Shown here: positions 24,293-38,588 of the stretch, in pieces | How the letters are laid out: the number at the start of each line of letters is the position of its first letter | How positions within the stretch are numbered: the stretch's first letter is position 1 | Position numbers and translations under genes: made by a program | Source: Scyliorhinus canicula | Taxonomy: Eukaryota | Direction of reading: 5' to 3' | Assembly (NCBI RefSeq): GCF_902713615.1 | Contig: NC_052152.1 | Span: 167,832,712-167,896,711, forward strand | DNA length: 64,000 nucleotides | Notes under the pieces: generated by a model | What the model was told of the DNA's origin: nothing | Databases searched by the model: none | Seen by the model: the letters and a program-made list of their open reading frames with translations, nothing else

Positions 24293-25460
24293 AATCTGCT
24301 CAATGCTGCAGAACAGTAACTTTGATTAGTAACAGCAGAACAAAACAAATCTCCCTGAGTTGTAGCCCCACATGCAATATTACAGATGATCACTAAATAA
24401 GATGCATTTTCCGACTGAATGCCAATCATCTCCTCTTTGCAGCATATGTAGATTATCTGCCTCATTTGGATTGTTGTGTAAAGATTTAACATGTGACAAT
24501 ATTCTTTTGGTGTTAGGTACGCTTGATGTATCAAGCATGTCTGATATGAGTGACTCACCAGCATTATTTCTCGATCTCTTTCTATATCATTTTTTAAAAT
24601 CGAGAGCTCTACCCAATCGTTTTGTGCCTGTCATAATACTAAGGCTCACAGGTCAGGAAAAATCCAGTCTCGGTCCCTGTTTGAGCTCAGTTAGTGAATC
24701 CTAACTGAGGCTGGGAGGAGCAACAAATCATCCAGGGTCTTGTTCCTGTTTGCTTTCCATTTACAGGGTTTTGGATGAGAACAGGAACAGAATTGGTTAC
24801 AAAGCTTTCCCCCAGGGTACCAGTCTGCCAGCATTAACTAAGCAGCCTGTCAGATGACTGATTCCTCAAATGAGTCAGGGAGTTGGCAACTGAGGGTCCA
24901 CCCCTGCACATGAGTCAATGCCTTTAACAGGAATGGGGAGAGAGAAAAAAAACTACTTTCCCTTTCAAGATGTGATGGATAATTCAACAAAAATCACTTA
25001 GTTTGTGACTGACTTTTTAATCAGAAATTGTAATTATAGAATGATTCAACAAGATGTAGCACAATCTCATTTTAGCTGCCTTTTAGCTGCAAAAGGCAGC
25101 AGTTGATTAAAGGTAAGTTTTGCACATTGACATTTCAGAGAACTAAATTGCATCATAATCTATGTACTGTATAATAGTTACAGTTTCACAGTCATTTTTA
25201 ATCAAGGTTTCTCTTGATATTTAGAATATTTAAAATGCCACTAAAATGATTAAACAGAATTAATTTAATAAGCATTACATTTAGGAAAGGCACACCATAT
25301 GAAGCATTCAGAAGCATTTTTGGCTTGTTGCAAATGCATAGTAATTCATCTCAACAAATATTTACCAACAACACTATTAATCTTGTGAAATATTACCAAA
25401 ACTACAGGGTACAACAGATGTTCTGTGTACATTGAAACTTTAAAGACCAAATTATTTTAC

Positions 25461-25677
25461 CTTTGAGTAAGTGGGAATAGTTTATTCTGCTCACAATGCG
25501 AATGGACACTGTACTTAATGTACCGAAGGAGAAAACTGTTGTATTTATTCCAGTAAACAAGGTAATTTAGTGTTGTTAACATAGGAATGAATAGAGACTT
25601 GACAACAAATATCAATGCCAACTTCTGAAGCATATATATTAATTCCAAAGAGAAACACATGGAAATAACATCCAGTC
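25461..25677 (-). CDS. Candidate host-gene exon (unidentified)
   Basis: Acceptor atatttttctttctag, donor AAG|gtaaaa, 217 nt open in one frame (GLDVISMCFSLELIYML...FPLTQR). No homolog recognised. Confidence 0.25.
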
Positions 25678-25859
25678 CTAGAAAGAAAAATATGGGTGAA
25701 AATTTACACACAATGGGAGCAGGATCGGGAGCGTGGCAGGCACTGGGTCCAATGGCAGCCTGGCGGGACCTTTAAAGGCAACTACCAGAGACCGCTGTAG
25801 ACATCAGAGGAGACAGAGTGGGACCTGCATCATTACAGCAGTAGCACCCAGCAGAGACA

Positions 25860-27380
25860 CCAGGCAGGCGGGAGCTTCAAGGTGGCAGCAAACCTCCAGA
25901 TTCTTGGATGACAGTCCATGCGCTATTGTGGAGGCAGTGACTGTCGGGAGGGATATCCCGATGCGTGTGATAGCAGGAGGAGGCCACCCCACCTCACCAA
26001 GAAAGCCTGGGCATAGGTGGCAGCTGAGTTCAGTGAGGATGACCTGGTCCAGTGCATGTAGATCCAGTACCAGAAAAGGTTCAATGATCTCTTGCACTCG
26101 ACAAGGCGTAGCTCTGAGGGGGCATGGTCCAGTATGGGCACGTGAGGGAGGGTGGTCGTTTGTAGTTGCACACATAGGTGTGTGGTGAACCTGGAAATCA
26201 TTGCCAGCTATGAGCTGGGTGCCCTAGAACTCGAATGAGAGCGAGGAGGAAGGTCTTCAGGTCACTGAGGCACTGGCGTCTCTGAGGAAGGTAAGAGCTC
26301 AGTGGACAGAAATGAGACAGGCAGTGAGTGAAGAGAATGGAGGGTAATCTGATCCATCATAAGGACTTCTGAGAAACTGTGCCCAGTGATTCACCGATCA
26401 TGTGATGCCCTTGATATCACTCACAACCGGAGACATAGATTGCACATCATCTGTGTGATATGATTAAAAGAACTGACCAATTATTTTCCTCTCTCAGAAG
26501 AGCCATCCTCCAGAGCTAGCTAGGAAACTGATGAACTTCCCTTAACACTGGAGCAGGTGCATGATGATGGATGGACCCGCAGCACTTACTGTCACCACAC
26601 CAAGCACCAACACAGATACTGGCACGTAGGTAGATAATAGCATGTCAGCTCAGTTGGTAGTGAACAGTGGTGAGGGCACATCGTGCTCACGTGAGGAGGT
26701 AGTGGAGGCAGAGACTGCCCTGTGCGCCAGCATTCAGAGGACTGCTGAAGACCAGGACAATGCTGAGTCCGAGGCTGATGATGAAGTTCTGGATTTGTTA
26801 GTCAGGTGGCAGACCGTGGATGTCCATGGGATGCTTGGGGAGATCTAAGAGAGATCCCTGAGGCCTGTATGCCATGGTCTCTGACATAGAAGAGTCGATG
26901 CAGAGCACGAGTGCTGTGTTGAACCTGCGTTATGGGTGCACAGCTTCATCCATTAAGAGAGTGGCGACTCTCATGAAGAGGCAGCTCCAAGAACAGAATT
27001 AAGGGTTCTTGGGATTGTGTTCGGTCCTGCAAGCCCTCACACAGGCAATGACCTCAGGAGGTCACTGTGAATGTGGGAGATGAATGTGGTACCCAGTCTG
27101 TCAGCTGGGTGCCCATCTATTAATGGTGAGCAGAGAAGTCCAGGCACACTTCACAAGGGCAGACAAGTTACCTGTCGTCTTTGTGGGCTCCTCTCACGGT
27201 GCTCCAGATGAGGGTGGAGGCTCCTCCGCCTCTCTGTCAGTCGCCTCGCCATTCTCAGAGTCTGCAATGACTGAGGACTGCTCAGCCATGCCGCTGAGCT
27301 CATTCCCTCAGGTGAAGCTTGCTCAAGTCCCACTGGTTAGAGGACGAACGTCAGGCTCATCTATGCCAACAAGATAGTAT
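25860..27380 (+). pseudogene. Harbinger ORF1 (Myb/SANT, NAIF1-like) remnant
   Basis: SRFLDDS.CAIVEAV..GRDI, then LTKKAWA*VAAE...KRFNDLLHSTR (SANT helices). Apparent introns (gtaaga donor about 26290, ttttcctctctcag acceptor about 26497). Coiled-coil EESMQS...RVATLM at about 26890-26990. Confidence 0.7.
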
Positions 27381-27619
27381 AGTCAGCAATATGCCTCGAT
27401 TGCTGTTGTCAGTGAGAGGATCAGGCACCAATGTGTAGCACCCACAGACGTAAGCTTCAGGCACTCCAGTGAGCATCGCAATGGATTTTCACAGGAGCCT
27501 TTTGTTTTGTAAATATCACAGGTGCATAAATCAGTTCAAATTGGGCGTTGTTTGTTTCACTTAATGTCATAAAAAAAGACTACTTTCCTCACAAACCCCG
27601 AGTGTATTCAATGAATTTT

Positions 27620-27830
27620 TAAAAATAAATTTAGGGTACCCAATTATTTTTATCCCAATTAAGGGGCAATTTAGTGTGGCAAATCCACTTAACCTGCACA
27701 TCTTTGGGTCCTGGGGGTGAAACCCACGCAGACACGGGGAGATTGTGCAAACTCCACACGGACAGTGACCCAGGGCCGGGAATGGAACCCGGGTCCTCAG
27801 CACCATAGTCCCATTGCGCCATGTGCCGCC
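27620..27830 (-). mobile_element. HE1-like SINE, short A-tailed subtype, with TSD
   Basis: TSD tgtattcaatga(a/g)tttt on both sides. Confidence 0.85.
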
Positions 27831-29380
27831 TTGTATTCAATGAGTTTTGATCTCATCAGAACCTGGTGAAAGACATTTGGGACCGCAAACCTTGTTACTG
27901 GGAAGTCGCATGATGTTTTTTTATTCTAGTGCATATTTCGTATTTGTCTTTTCTTGGTTTACATGGCTTGTGTTATGTCCCAGGAAGTGTTTTGTAGGTC
28001 TCTGAAAGAGAGCCGAGATAAAGTGCTAAAATCTTTATTTATTCATGGCTGGGGCTGGATGGGACCCTGCTTGCAGTGACACAATTGCGAATGAGCAAGC
28101 TTTCAAATTGGCAGTGCTGTGTGCATCGGATGATGGCTGCCAATGGAGACATTGGGCAAAATTCTTCACCTCCTGCCGCCAATAACAGAGTTAACAATGA
28201 GGTAGTGAAATCAGTGTCGTGAAGAAGCTGATCAATTTCTGCCACTTTGGCTCCCCCTGCTGGCATCAGGATCAATGGCTGCAGCCCGCACCAGTGGACC
28301 AGGTACCTTACTCACTGAGTGAGACAGACACCATATTCTACCGGCCAGCGTGATTCTCCGGTCCTCTGGGCATTGCCCTGGATGGGGTTGGGTGGGTGCA
28401 GACTTGGTGGGATGGTGTTTTGCGGGGTTGTGGGAGATCTTTGGGACATAATTTCCTGACTTTTCTTCTTGAGTAGTGCTCGGCTAGGCCAGGCCCAATG
28501 CTGTGGCTGTTAAGTGCTGTCAATTTCCAGCTCAGCACTTCAAAATCACTTTTTGATGTGGTTGATGTTTGTAAACATTGTGGTTAAGAAGATGAATGAA
28601 GCAAGGCTAACAGTTGTTGTTTGGAAGCTGTGAATTACATCCCATGACAATAAATGAATGAACGGCTTGCAGCTAATGGATCTGAGGGATTTAACACAGG
28701 TCACAGCTGTTTTCTTTCCAAGAATGGACACGTGATGCTTCCATGTGAGTGTTACAGCTGTAATTTATTTTACTGCCCTTCTCTGGACAGCTCCCTACCT
28801 TCCAGCCAGGGGTTTCTTTTCTTGGGGGTCTGTGGGGATTCCCTTTAGTTAGGGAGTCTTTGTAGGGGTCTCCCTAATTATGGTGTCCCTGTGGGGGGTC
28901 TCCCTACTTAGGAGGTCTCGGGGTAGGGGGGTCAGGGCACCCCAATAATTGGGGGGGAGAAGGGGGGCACCCAGAACATCCAGGGGTGTGGGGCTGCTTT
29001 GCAATGCGGGGGTAGGTGGGGGGCTGATTTGCTGTGTGGTGTTAATTCTTCAACTGAACTTCTTAATTGTCAACGGACACACACACCAACTGGAATTCAA
29101 GTGCACAATGACGTTGGAATACAGGCCCGACATCTTCTCACTCGATTTCACATACTTCTGGGTCAGATACGCACCCGCCTGAGCAGCGTAAAATTCTGCC
29201 ATTTTTTTCAACTGTATTAAGATTGTATATTCATCTTATTTACACCATACCAATTATTCATCCTACATCTTCCATGGAAGAGTGTTTACAGAATTTATTG
29301 ATAATCAGCGACCACTCAGGGTTCATGTTTCAACTGGCAAATGGATTCTTAAACAGTACATCACCAAAATGTACTATTTT

Positions 29381-29576
29381 ATTTTATTTTTCTAATTTTT
29401 CCAATTAAGGGGCAATTTAGCGTGGGCATTCCACCTACCCTGCATGTCTTTGGGTTGTGGGGGTGAGACCCACGAGACACGGGGAGAATGTGCAAACGCC
29501 ACATGGACAGCGACCGGGGGCCAGGATCAAACTTGGGTTCTCGGCACCATGAGGCAGCAGAGCTAACCACTGTGCC
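29381..29576 (-). mobile_element. HE1-like SINE, short A-tailed subtype, with TSD
   Basis: TSD aaa(t/g)gtactattt on both sides. Confidence 0.85.
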
Positions 29577-30203
29577 AAAAAGGTACTATTTGAAATTACA
29601 TCATACAGTCACATTGATTTTTCTTTCATAACTTGTTGCCCATAAGTTTTGTACATGATTTTAATAGCAAAACAATTCCTCAGAAAAGCCACGGATAAAT
29701 AGTTCAGAGAAATTTTGTAAGTGAGCTGTTCAAATGAATTGCACGGCTTGGTTTCTGGGAACATTAGACAGTTTATAAGGGCAGACGATACAGACAGCAC
29801 AATATTAATAGAAACATCACAAATAGTATGGGTTGCATCATTTTATTCTCATTTGCATATGTCCTCACACAAACTGCATGCTGTGTAGTGGTTGCAATGG
29901 AGTCAGAAATATGAATTAGATAGGGTGAGAAATGGATAAAACACCAAAATATTGGAGGGAATTTTAACATGGGGGGAATGTGTGAGATTGGGTGCATGGC
30001 TGAAGTTTAAACAGAGCAAAATTCCAAGCTCCTCAGGAAGGTGACTTCAACCTGTTTGCTTCCATTTGTCACTTCACCGTATTAGACACAACACTCTTGG
30101 GACAGGCAGGTAGTCAAGACATGTAAATTGCACATTGCGATATTGATGTGGAATTTGTGGTTTGTTTCAGATTCAGACCTTTCAAGGGCTTCCTAAAACT
30201 TAC

Positions 30204-30243
30204 CAGTGAAAGCAAAGCGCGATCCCAATGGCAATTGAGGAGA
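30204..30243 (-). CDS. Candidate 40-nt host-gene exon
   Basis: Strong acceptor tttctctctcatggtttcag and consensus donor CTG|gtaagt; open in all three frames. Confidence 0.35.
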
Positions 30244-31493
30244 CTGAAACCATGAGAGAGAAACATGTCAATAAGTGTTGAGTACTCATGCACTCCTCTC
30301 ATACCTGCTTCTGCACAAGTTGTGTCTACAGTACTTGTACTGAGAGGTTATTTTACACAACAAGGAGGTATCATCTATACTTAGGAGGTTTGGAGACCAG
30401 ATGTGCACTTTGGTGCTTTGATCTATTAGAATGGCATGGGCACCACTTACATTGTGCTACACAGTGGCACTCAGAAACAGCTGATAAGTTCAAAGGCAAC
30501 TAGCAACATGGGATACAACACTTTATCATGTTGGCTTGATGTTAACGGCCATTGAAATGTGATTACATGCATGATGATATCTCCTCAGTACTCATTCATG
30601 TCTTTTATCTTTGACTGACTCTTTACATGTCCAGCAGGAGCTGGCCCAGATCACCCATTAAGATGACAGGCAGAATTATCTATTTATGAGACTAAGGGCA
30701 GTAGCTGGAATGGTGGGAACTCATAGGCAGTTCTGCACTTGGAATCTCATTCATTTTGAGCAGGTGAATATCAGGCCAAAACACTGGGTGGGCTGCAAAC
30801 TGATTTGTTCACTCCCCATCAGCTGGTGGGTCTGAAGAGTACCATATTTAAACACCAGTCCAATATACACATTTCACTCTCTCCAGTCTAAGGGTCCTTT
30901 CTTTTATTTTTGCCGTGGCATTTTTGATCCACGGATGATTATTGGTCATGTCACTTTAAGGGAAGAAGCCTGTATCTTTAATTCAAGCAGCAAGAATCCA
31001 GAAGGCTGTGTTGATTCAAACTGGAGATTACAGACTGGTTAGCATCAGTGACAGAGAGATGGGTTGGCACTAGGTTTAATTGATTGACTGGTGGCCACTG
31101 AATAGGCCCAGAGAGCTGTGTCCTGCCTGGTAACAGATGGTGATTGGATATTATTTCACTGGAAGGCTTGTCGGAGTCTCAAGGTTCTAGTTTGCTTTCC
31201 GTTTTGATTCTGGCAACCCGCTGAAGAGATCCAACCAGCATTCCCCAGAAAGGATCCAATTAACCCTCTCCAGAAATAAGGTGCCTCTTCAGGAAATGTT
31301 GTGAGCAATATAACACTCTCCAGAAAGCTTCCAAAAGTTGTGACTACTGCATTCTTGAAACCATAGATACCTGAATGAATCCACAGAAAAAGCCTTCAAC
31401 TGAAGGCCAGGGTTGAAGCAAAGCTGCTAAAATATATCTGAAGCAATGACTCTTATCTTTTAACTTTCATCGTTATTCTTTTATCACCTCTTT

Positions 31494-31835
31494 GGACGGT
31501 ACATCGGCACAGTGGTTAGCACTGCTGCCTTACATCGCCAGAGACCCAAGTTAAATTCTAGACTTGGGTGATTGTCTGTGTGAAGTTTGTACTTTATACC
31601 AGCGTCTGTGTGGGTTTCCTCCGGGTGCTCTGGTTTCCTCCCACAGTCCAATGTGCAGGTTAGGCGGATTGGCTGTGATAAATTGCCCTTTAGTGTCCAG
31701 GGTTATGCGGGTTAACTATGTTTATGGGGTGACAGGGCTAGCGCGGGGTGGGAGCCTGGTTAGGATGCACTTTCGAAGCGTTGGTGCAGACGCGATGAGT
31801 CGAATGGCCTCCTTCTGCATTGTAGGGATTCTGAT
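31494..31835 (+). mobile_element. HE1 V-SINE (older, diverged)
   Basis: Head, V-domain and GAATGGCCTCCTTCTGCATTGTAGGGATTCT tail. Confidence 0.85.
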
Positions 31836-32109
31836 TCCCCCTCCAATATCAAACTCTCATCATGGCATTATGCACTCAAATGGTTACTCTTTTCAGAGAT
31901 CTCACGCAACCATTTGCAGGGGACGCCCATCAACACTCATTCTTTCACGGAGACTTACATATCACCAGCATCCCATCTGTCATGTTACTCACACTCCATC
32001 CTCTGGCCTTTCTGGGGAGGACTCACCACACTCAGAGGATGTGCGTCCCACCCAAAATCTACTCCATCCCTTTTCATCACATACCTTTCTTTCTTTTTCG
32101 TACAAGCCA

Positions 32110-32770
32110 AGTTGACACCCAGCAGGCAGGAATGATCGCAGACTGGAGGACGAATGACTGACAGCATCGCCCTCATTGAACTTGAGGAGGCTGCAGCCAA
32201 GCTGGCTGGGGAGGACAGGGTCACACCTGTGGGGAAGTGGGGTGATCAGCCTCTCCCAGCAACCTTGCCTTGATCACAGCTCCAACACTTTACAAATCCT
32301 GACAATCACAGGGAATCACATGCAGTCTTAGATAGCTCATCATCATCCATTCTCTATTTTCTAGGCACTGGCAAATCGAGGCCTACCAGGCATCAGAGCA
32401 CCAGTCTGTGCCCCCAGACCAATGTCCGAAGAGGAAGCTTTGGAAGAACAATCACAGAGCTCAGCTGCACCTTCCGCCAGCGAGAGGCACACACATCAGT
32501 GGGACACAGCTCTAGATTAGGCTCAGTCTCAGTTTCCAGCGAACGTCGTACAAAAATGTCCCCGCAGCAGTCAGAGGCAGGGACAATCCAGGTTTACGGC
32601 ACTCAGAGGGCTGATGGAGACCAGCCAGCCACTCAGTTTGAGTCAGATGATAAGCCTCTGGAAGTGGCCAGCAGGTCAATGCTGGAGATGGAACAACAGT
32701 TGGCAGAACATCAGACAGAGATTTGACAGTCAGTCAGTGGACTAGAATGAATGGCGGAGGTGTTAGGCAG
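32110..32770 (+). pseudogene. Harbinger ORF1 (Myb/SANT) central remnant
   Basis: SQTGG...IELEEAAAKLAGED-like motif, intron-like spacer with ctctattttctag acceptor, then a Ser/Glu-rich exon like that at 26500-26850. Confidence 0.5.
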
Positions 32771-32779
32771 TTCCTCAGA

Positions 32780-32878
32780 CAGAACCATCCAAGTCCACAA
32801 CCACTACCATCTAGCAAGACAGGCAGCGCCGGCCCTAGGGTTGCTGGCGCCCCGGGCAAGCTGAACTTCGGCGCCCTT

Positions 32879-32912
<34 letters not shown>

Positions 32913-33425
32913 GGGGGGGGGGGGGGGGGGGGGCGAGGCGGGGGGGGGGGGGGGGGCGAGGCGGGGGGGCGGGCCTGAGGCGGGGGGGGCGGGCCCGAGG
33001 CGGGAGGGCCCGAGGCGGACGGAGCCCGAGGCGGGGGGCGGGCGCGGGGGCGGGGCCGAGGGGGGGCGGACGGAGGGGGGGGGCGGACGGAAGGGGCCGC
33101 CCTGGGGGAGGGCGGCCACCGCGCATGCGCTGGTTGGCACCGGCCCAACTGCGCATGTGCGGGACCCGAGTCTCTGGCGCCCCCTAGCACATGGCGCCCC
33201 GGGCGACTGCCCGAGTTGCCGGTGCCTTGGGCCGGCCCTGAAGACAGGAGCAGCAGATACATGGGGATACAAACACCTGGAAGATCCTCTCCAAGCCACC
33301 TACCATTCTGACTTGGAAATATATTGCTGTTCCTTCATTGTCATTGAGTTCATATCCTGAAACTCCCTCTCCACTGCACGTGTACCTAAAACACATGGAC
33401 TGCAGTGGTTCAAAAAGGCAGCTCT
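32780..33425 (+). mobile_element. CR1/L2-type LINE 3' end fragment, interrupted by the MITE
   Basis: ccactaccatctag...gcagcagatacatggg...ctgacttggaaatatattgc...catggactgcagtggttca; paralog at 46430-46750. Confidence 0.7.
32824..33240. mobile_element. hAT-family MITE (CAGGGCCGGCCC TIR)
   Basis: TIRs CAGCGCCGGCCC / GGGCCGGCCCTG; perfect 8-bp TSD aagacagg (32816-32823, 33241-33248); inserted into a LINE 3' fragment. Confidence 0.92.
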
Positions 33426-34363
33426 CGATTCCAGTTGATGTTATAACTGGATGGGAAGATCCCAGAATGAAACCCTGACTCAAAAGACAGTAACAGTATG
33501 CAACGTGGAGGAACAGATTCATAGGACAGCTAATTATTTTTAACAACAAGAAAAAAAACTTTAATTAAACATGGAAAGTTGGATTATTATACAATACTCC
33601 TTTACTTCTCCCCCCCACCCCCCCCCTCCCCCCCCCGCCTTAGTTTAACAAATACACACAGATTTTAAGATCAACATGGATTATAAAGTGCATCTTAAGA
33701 TACAATGGTCTTATTAACACAACATCCCTTTTGAGCACACAGATTGGCTGTGGTCAAATACATGCACTCAATTCTGAACCCAAGTTAGTGCCTACAGATT
33801 TCTCTTCATATGCCCTCAGATGATTGTCACACGAGCATTTCCAAACATCATGCTTTAAAATCTTCTCTCTCATAATGATGCTTTCCCTTAATAGTTTGCA
33901 TTCTGAAACCCAGACCAGGTTTTCCAAATGACATGTTTAAATACAGCTTCTGCTCCACTTTTAACAGCAACTCCAGTCCTGGATTTACACAACCCTTTAG
34001 AATTTATTTTGTATTAAAGGCTTTCACACAATCTCTGAGGTCCAGCCACCAATATCTACAATTAATTCAGATAATGTCTCCCAAACTGTAGCAATTTCTC
34101 ACAAACGTTGGCACTGCTGCAGATATCTTTCTGGCCTCTCATGCTCCAATGCCTTTTCAACTTTCTGAGACTTTACTGAACAGTAATCCGTTCTAGTTCC
34201 CAGTTATCTCTGTTCCATCAACTCTAGACTTGTGGGAAACTTCTCTTCATTTCTCTAGTTTCCTTAACTAGCTAGACTTAAGATTTCCATATCTATTTTC
34301 TTAACTATTACTCCATATGACTTTTCAGCTAGCAAGGTTGAGAGAAACATTTCCTCCTAAACC

Positions 34364-34734
34364 TGTGGTGCTCCTTGTGAGGTTGACTTCAGGATGGAAA
34401 ACATTCTGTTCACAAAGACACCTGGAGCTATGTTCATCAACAAAGTTAAATTTATTTGCACGACCTTAATTAAAGTTTGGCACTTATTCCTTTAGTAAAC
34501 AGATAGATTATATTAAACTACACTCACCAACACTATCTCTATACTCTAACTATGATGATATTCTATTCTCTCTAGCTCTACTATGCACTTCACTCCAATC
34601 TCCTCTCCTCTATTCCACTCTATCCCAGAAGCCTAATAGTCAGAGCCTTTTATAGACTGTCCCTAGCACCATCTAGTGGCTAATTGTAACATGACATTAA
34701 CGCTTCACATGCTGTACATTTATATAATGTCACA
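34364..34734 (-). mobile_element. Solo LTR nested in a longer AT-rich LTR-like repeat (about 33439-35700)
   Basis: TGT...ACA ends; TSD aaacc/aagcc; same tagcaccatctagtgg motif as the LTR at 461. Confidence 0.75.
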
Positions 34735-35699
34735 AAGCCTTCTAAAACCAACTTCTAGCAAAGCTGTAAGAGTTGTTTTCTCTCTCATAACCTTTCTCCA
34801 ACTACTGTCACAACCCTCTGGGCTAGTACGCAGTCAATTCCAGACACACTTGACCTGGAGTCATAATGCAAGTGAAATTAGATGTTATTTTAAAATACCT
34901 GGCTGAGTCCAACAAACTGCAGTCACCAGGTTTGTAAAATCTAAACACAAATAACCTTTTATTTAACAGTAATATAATTAAATTGCCAAAAATATAACTG
35001 ACTACCCAATACCCCTCTCCCCCTTTCTAACTACCCCCACTCTCTACATGCACACACAGACAAACAACACAGAGGGAAAAGGGTGGTTGAGAGGTAGAGA
35101 AAATGTCAATAAACATAAAAGGATAAAGGATCTTTGATCTAGTCACATCTGTCTAACTCTCAAAAGTATCACGCAGGAACCAATCACTGACTGTTTTCAG
35201 GCCAAACAATGTCCCTGGCCAACCCACAGGTTCCCAGCCAACCAATCGAACCGGCTACCTCCAAAGCTGGTTCTTAAGGTTCAATTGGCAGCGACGCATC
35301 TGTTTCTCATCTACAAAATATAGAACCTGGGAGCACAGTGTGCTGACTAGCAGGCTGCTTCAGCTTTAGTCTTCTGCTTAATGGCACATTCTGATTATGG
35401 CTCTACAAATAATATAAGAAAAGAAATGAGAAGAAAGAATATGCTGCAATCAAATTGGCTAAACTAAAACTGAAATGTTTTTCTTACAAGGCCCGGTTGC
35501 TAAGCAACCATGGTTGGTTTACTTACTCTTCACCCGTAGCCCTATCTAAGCACACTAGAATCATTGTTGGAATTGAAACCAACCCCCCACACATACAAGC
35601 ACCTTCGTCCAGCATGAATCTAACTGTAGGTTTTACCATTCCAGGGACAGAAATATTACATTAAACATACTTAAAACTATCCCTTATTTCTAATGTCGA

Positions 35700-36700
35700 A
35701 CAAGCCAGTGAAGCCCACATCCCTTGAATGAATACAAAAGTCCATCTGCGTATGTCTGAATGTCGTGGCTCGGAATGCCTAAAGTTCACCATGGGAAGGT
35801 TGGAGGCCGCCATGGAGATCTTTGTCCAGCAGGTCTGCTGGATTTGCACTTGGCCCTGCACTCCATGTCCACACACCCTGGTGGGCACCATCAGGATGCA
35901 GGCCACACAGGAATGCACCATCACTTGCAAGAGTCAGGCTGGGGCCCCCTGGCACACAAAAGCAAGATGAGCATCAGCCAGACACCTAGCGACCCTCCTG
36001 TCAGGTCACTCCAAGGATATGCAGCTGCTCACAGTCCTCTTTGTGTGTGATTCTACCTACTCCAGCTGCTTAGGCTTCTGAGGACCATTTCTTTCCCTGA
36101 GAAGGTGACGCTTATCATGCCAGGGTCCTGCAGGCGTCAAGCCGCAGGAGGGCATCTTCCAGGGTAATAACGGACATCAGGACATAGCAGTCAGCCAGCT
36201 GGGTTAGGAAATGTTGATTGTTTTTGGGGGTCACAGGTCTGCTATCACTGAGCAGAAATTGCACTGTTGTGAATACATTTGAAGATTATGTGACTGTTTT
36301 TATTAACTGAAGGTCCGTGAATTTGTACATTGGAATCCTGTTATATTGAGGCTTAGCCATCCTCCCACTCTGTGATAGTGTCCCACTCTGAGGTTAACAT
36401 TCATGTGATTTCAACCTCAGTTGAATTAGTCTCCGCATCCTTATGTGATGCCAGAGATATGTGTTGAAATCTTTATTTCAAGTGTGTGATGCAAGCATTT
36501 AACCCGTCTTCCTCAGAGAACATATTGAGTGAGGTCAACTTAGAAACATTTATATCTGGTAGCATTTGTGCACCTCAGTAGTAGTGTCCAAACACAAGAC
36601 ACATATGAGAGGAGGGGACCCCTAGGTATGTTTTCACCTCAGTCGCAGCAGTCTTTGCATCATTAGATGGTGGCAAATGATTCAAGTTTTCTCTCAGATC
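35700..36700 (+). mobile_element. Harbinger-derived remnant (ORF1 C-terminal coiled coil and 3' region)
   Basis: Collinear homology with 50730-52000 (MGRL(E/A)..ME...QQV...). Confidence 0.6.
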
Positions 36701-38588
36701 GCTCTCGTTCCTCAATGGGCTCTCAGTTCCCAGAGTGACGAGGTTCATGGTGCACCACAGATCGAACCATAGGCCTGGTGATTCATAACAGCAGAGTGGT
36801 CATATGCTGTCGCTTAATTTTACTCTTCTTCAACCCTGTCAGCAGTTAAGGCACTGATCTTTCAACCTCCTTCAGTTCACCCTCTGAGAAGGGATGTAAT
36901 TTCCCCCGGCGTGATGAAAAATTGGAAGATGTGGGGAGATTCCAGTGAGCAGCTGCTTTAATGAGATTCATGAGATGTTAAAGAATACAAATTACCTTCA
37001 CACCGCTTGGCAATGGGGATAACCGACCTGCTATTAACCAGCCATCAGAAGAAATGTAAACTGTTTTTGCCTGCTGCTAGATTCTCTGCTCCTGCTGCTA
37101 TGAAACCCGTCACAAGTTGGGTGGAAAGTCCTTAAAGGAGCTCACTACTTATCAGGCTGTACCAGAGAATGCCCAGAACATGCAGGAGACTAGATACCTG
37201 CACTTCAGTGGGAAAACTTAGAGATCATTCAGTTTTCACATGGTGACACAGTCCACATAAGTGAACGGGAGCAGATTTTTGGAGTAAGGAGCAACAGCTG
37301 GAACAGCTGCTGCTGCTGTCTAGAAGTGTCCCATTCATCAGAGGTTCCAAGTTGCTGCAGGGGAAAGATAGAGAGAGGGAGAATCAAATCATTGGAAAAC
37401 GAATGGCATAACTTAGTGAGGCAGCCTCTTATCTCTACCCAAGTATCTGTTTTTATTTTCTCCATGAAGAGATATTAGAAGCAACGAAAAGCACTTATCA
37501 GAATAATGTAGGTTCAGCTTCAGAGATGTATGTCATTTTGGTAGATTTTTAACAATACAGCATAATCAACAAAGCATTCTGCTTTTGGTTCAAGAGATTT
37601 ATGATTCTAAAAAGTTTGTGCTGCAGAAAGGAAAGCATCTTTTCAATTCAAAATTCAATTCGTAACTGCTTGATTTCAAAAGACGTGCTGAGGCAAAGAG
37701 GTTGAACAACAACTGAAGAACTACCACCTGGGAAATCCTCAGGATTGGGTGGATTTTCAATAGATTTTAGTCATTAAATGTTTCAGAAAAATATTACCAA
37801 CTGGCAACGTGAAAGGTATTGGACCCTAAGTGCTACTAAAGAATAACAAATGAGCTTTGCAATGAAATCCCAATTGTAACATTTTGACTCCATGACAAGA
37901 AGAATGTCCTTTCTAATTTTCTTCTAAATGGACTCATGGGAAAAGACTATCTATCTGTCAGCAGCTTAGAGCCATGTAATTGCTAAATTGACAGAAATAT
38001 TGGGAGGAATTCTCCCAGCACCTTTGGAGATTTGGTGGGAGGTGACCTGGGGACATTTTTGGGAGGAGACCCAATAATGCCAGCTGCCTGTCCCTTTCTG
38101 ACTCCTAACACTTTTACCAAAGATAGCTTCCCCAGTAATAGTGGGAAGGTAGTTGAATAAGTTATTTATAGGGGTTTTCATCTAGTCATTCCAATTTACC
38201 CAGAGGCAACAGGGAACCCTGCAATGTGCATAACTCAGCCTCTCACAAGAGGTGAGTGCACAGCCAGAGGTGCCAGCGGTTTGATTGTTACCAGAAATCT
38301 GGCCTTTATTTGCCAACAAAGGAAAGTCTATGTACACCAGCATCCCTGACTGCTTAAATTGGGGAAACAGGAAACTCCCAGCTATTTAGTCACACAATTA
38401 AATATTAATGATCTATATGTCATACCAACTTGACTTCAAAGCTAGTGAAATATAGATCTCCTTCGGCTTGACAAGTTGTCCAATTTTTACCTTGCCAGAA
38501 CTAAATCATGATTTTCATATTTGACAGGGCCTTAACATGTGCAGCAGATGCAATTGCCAAGAATGATTTCTCAGAGGAGTGAGACCAA

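Noticed and set aside
32723-33299. Collagen/formin-like poly-Pro/Gly ORFs
   Set aside because: They are translations of poly-G runs inside a MITE.
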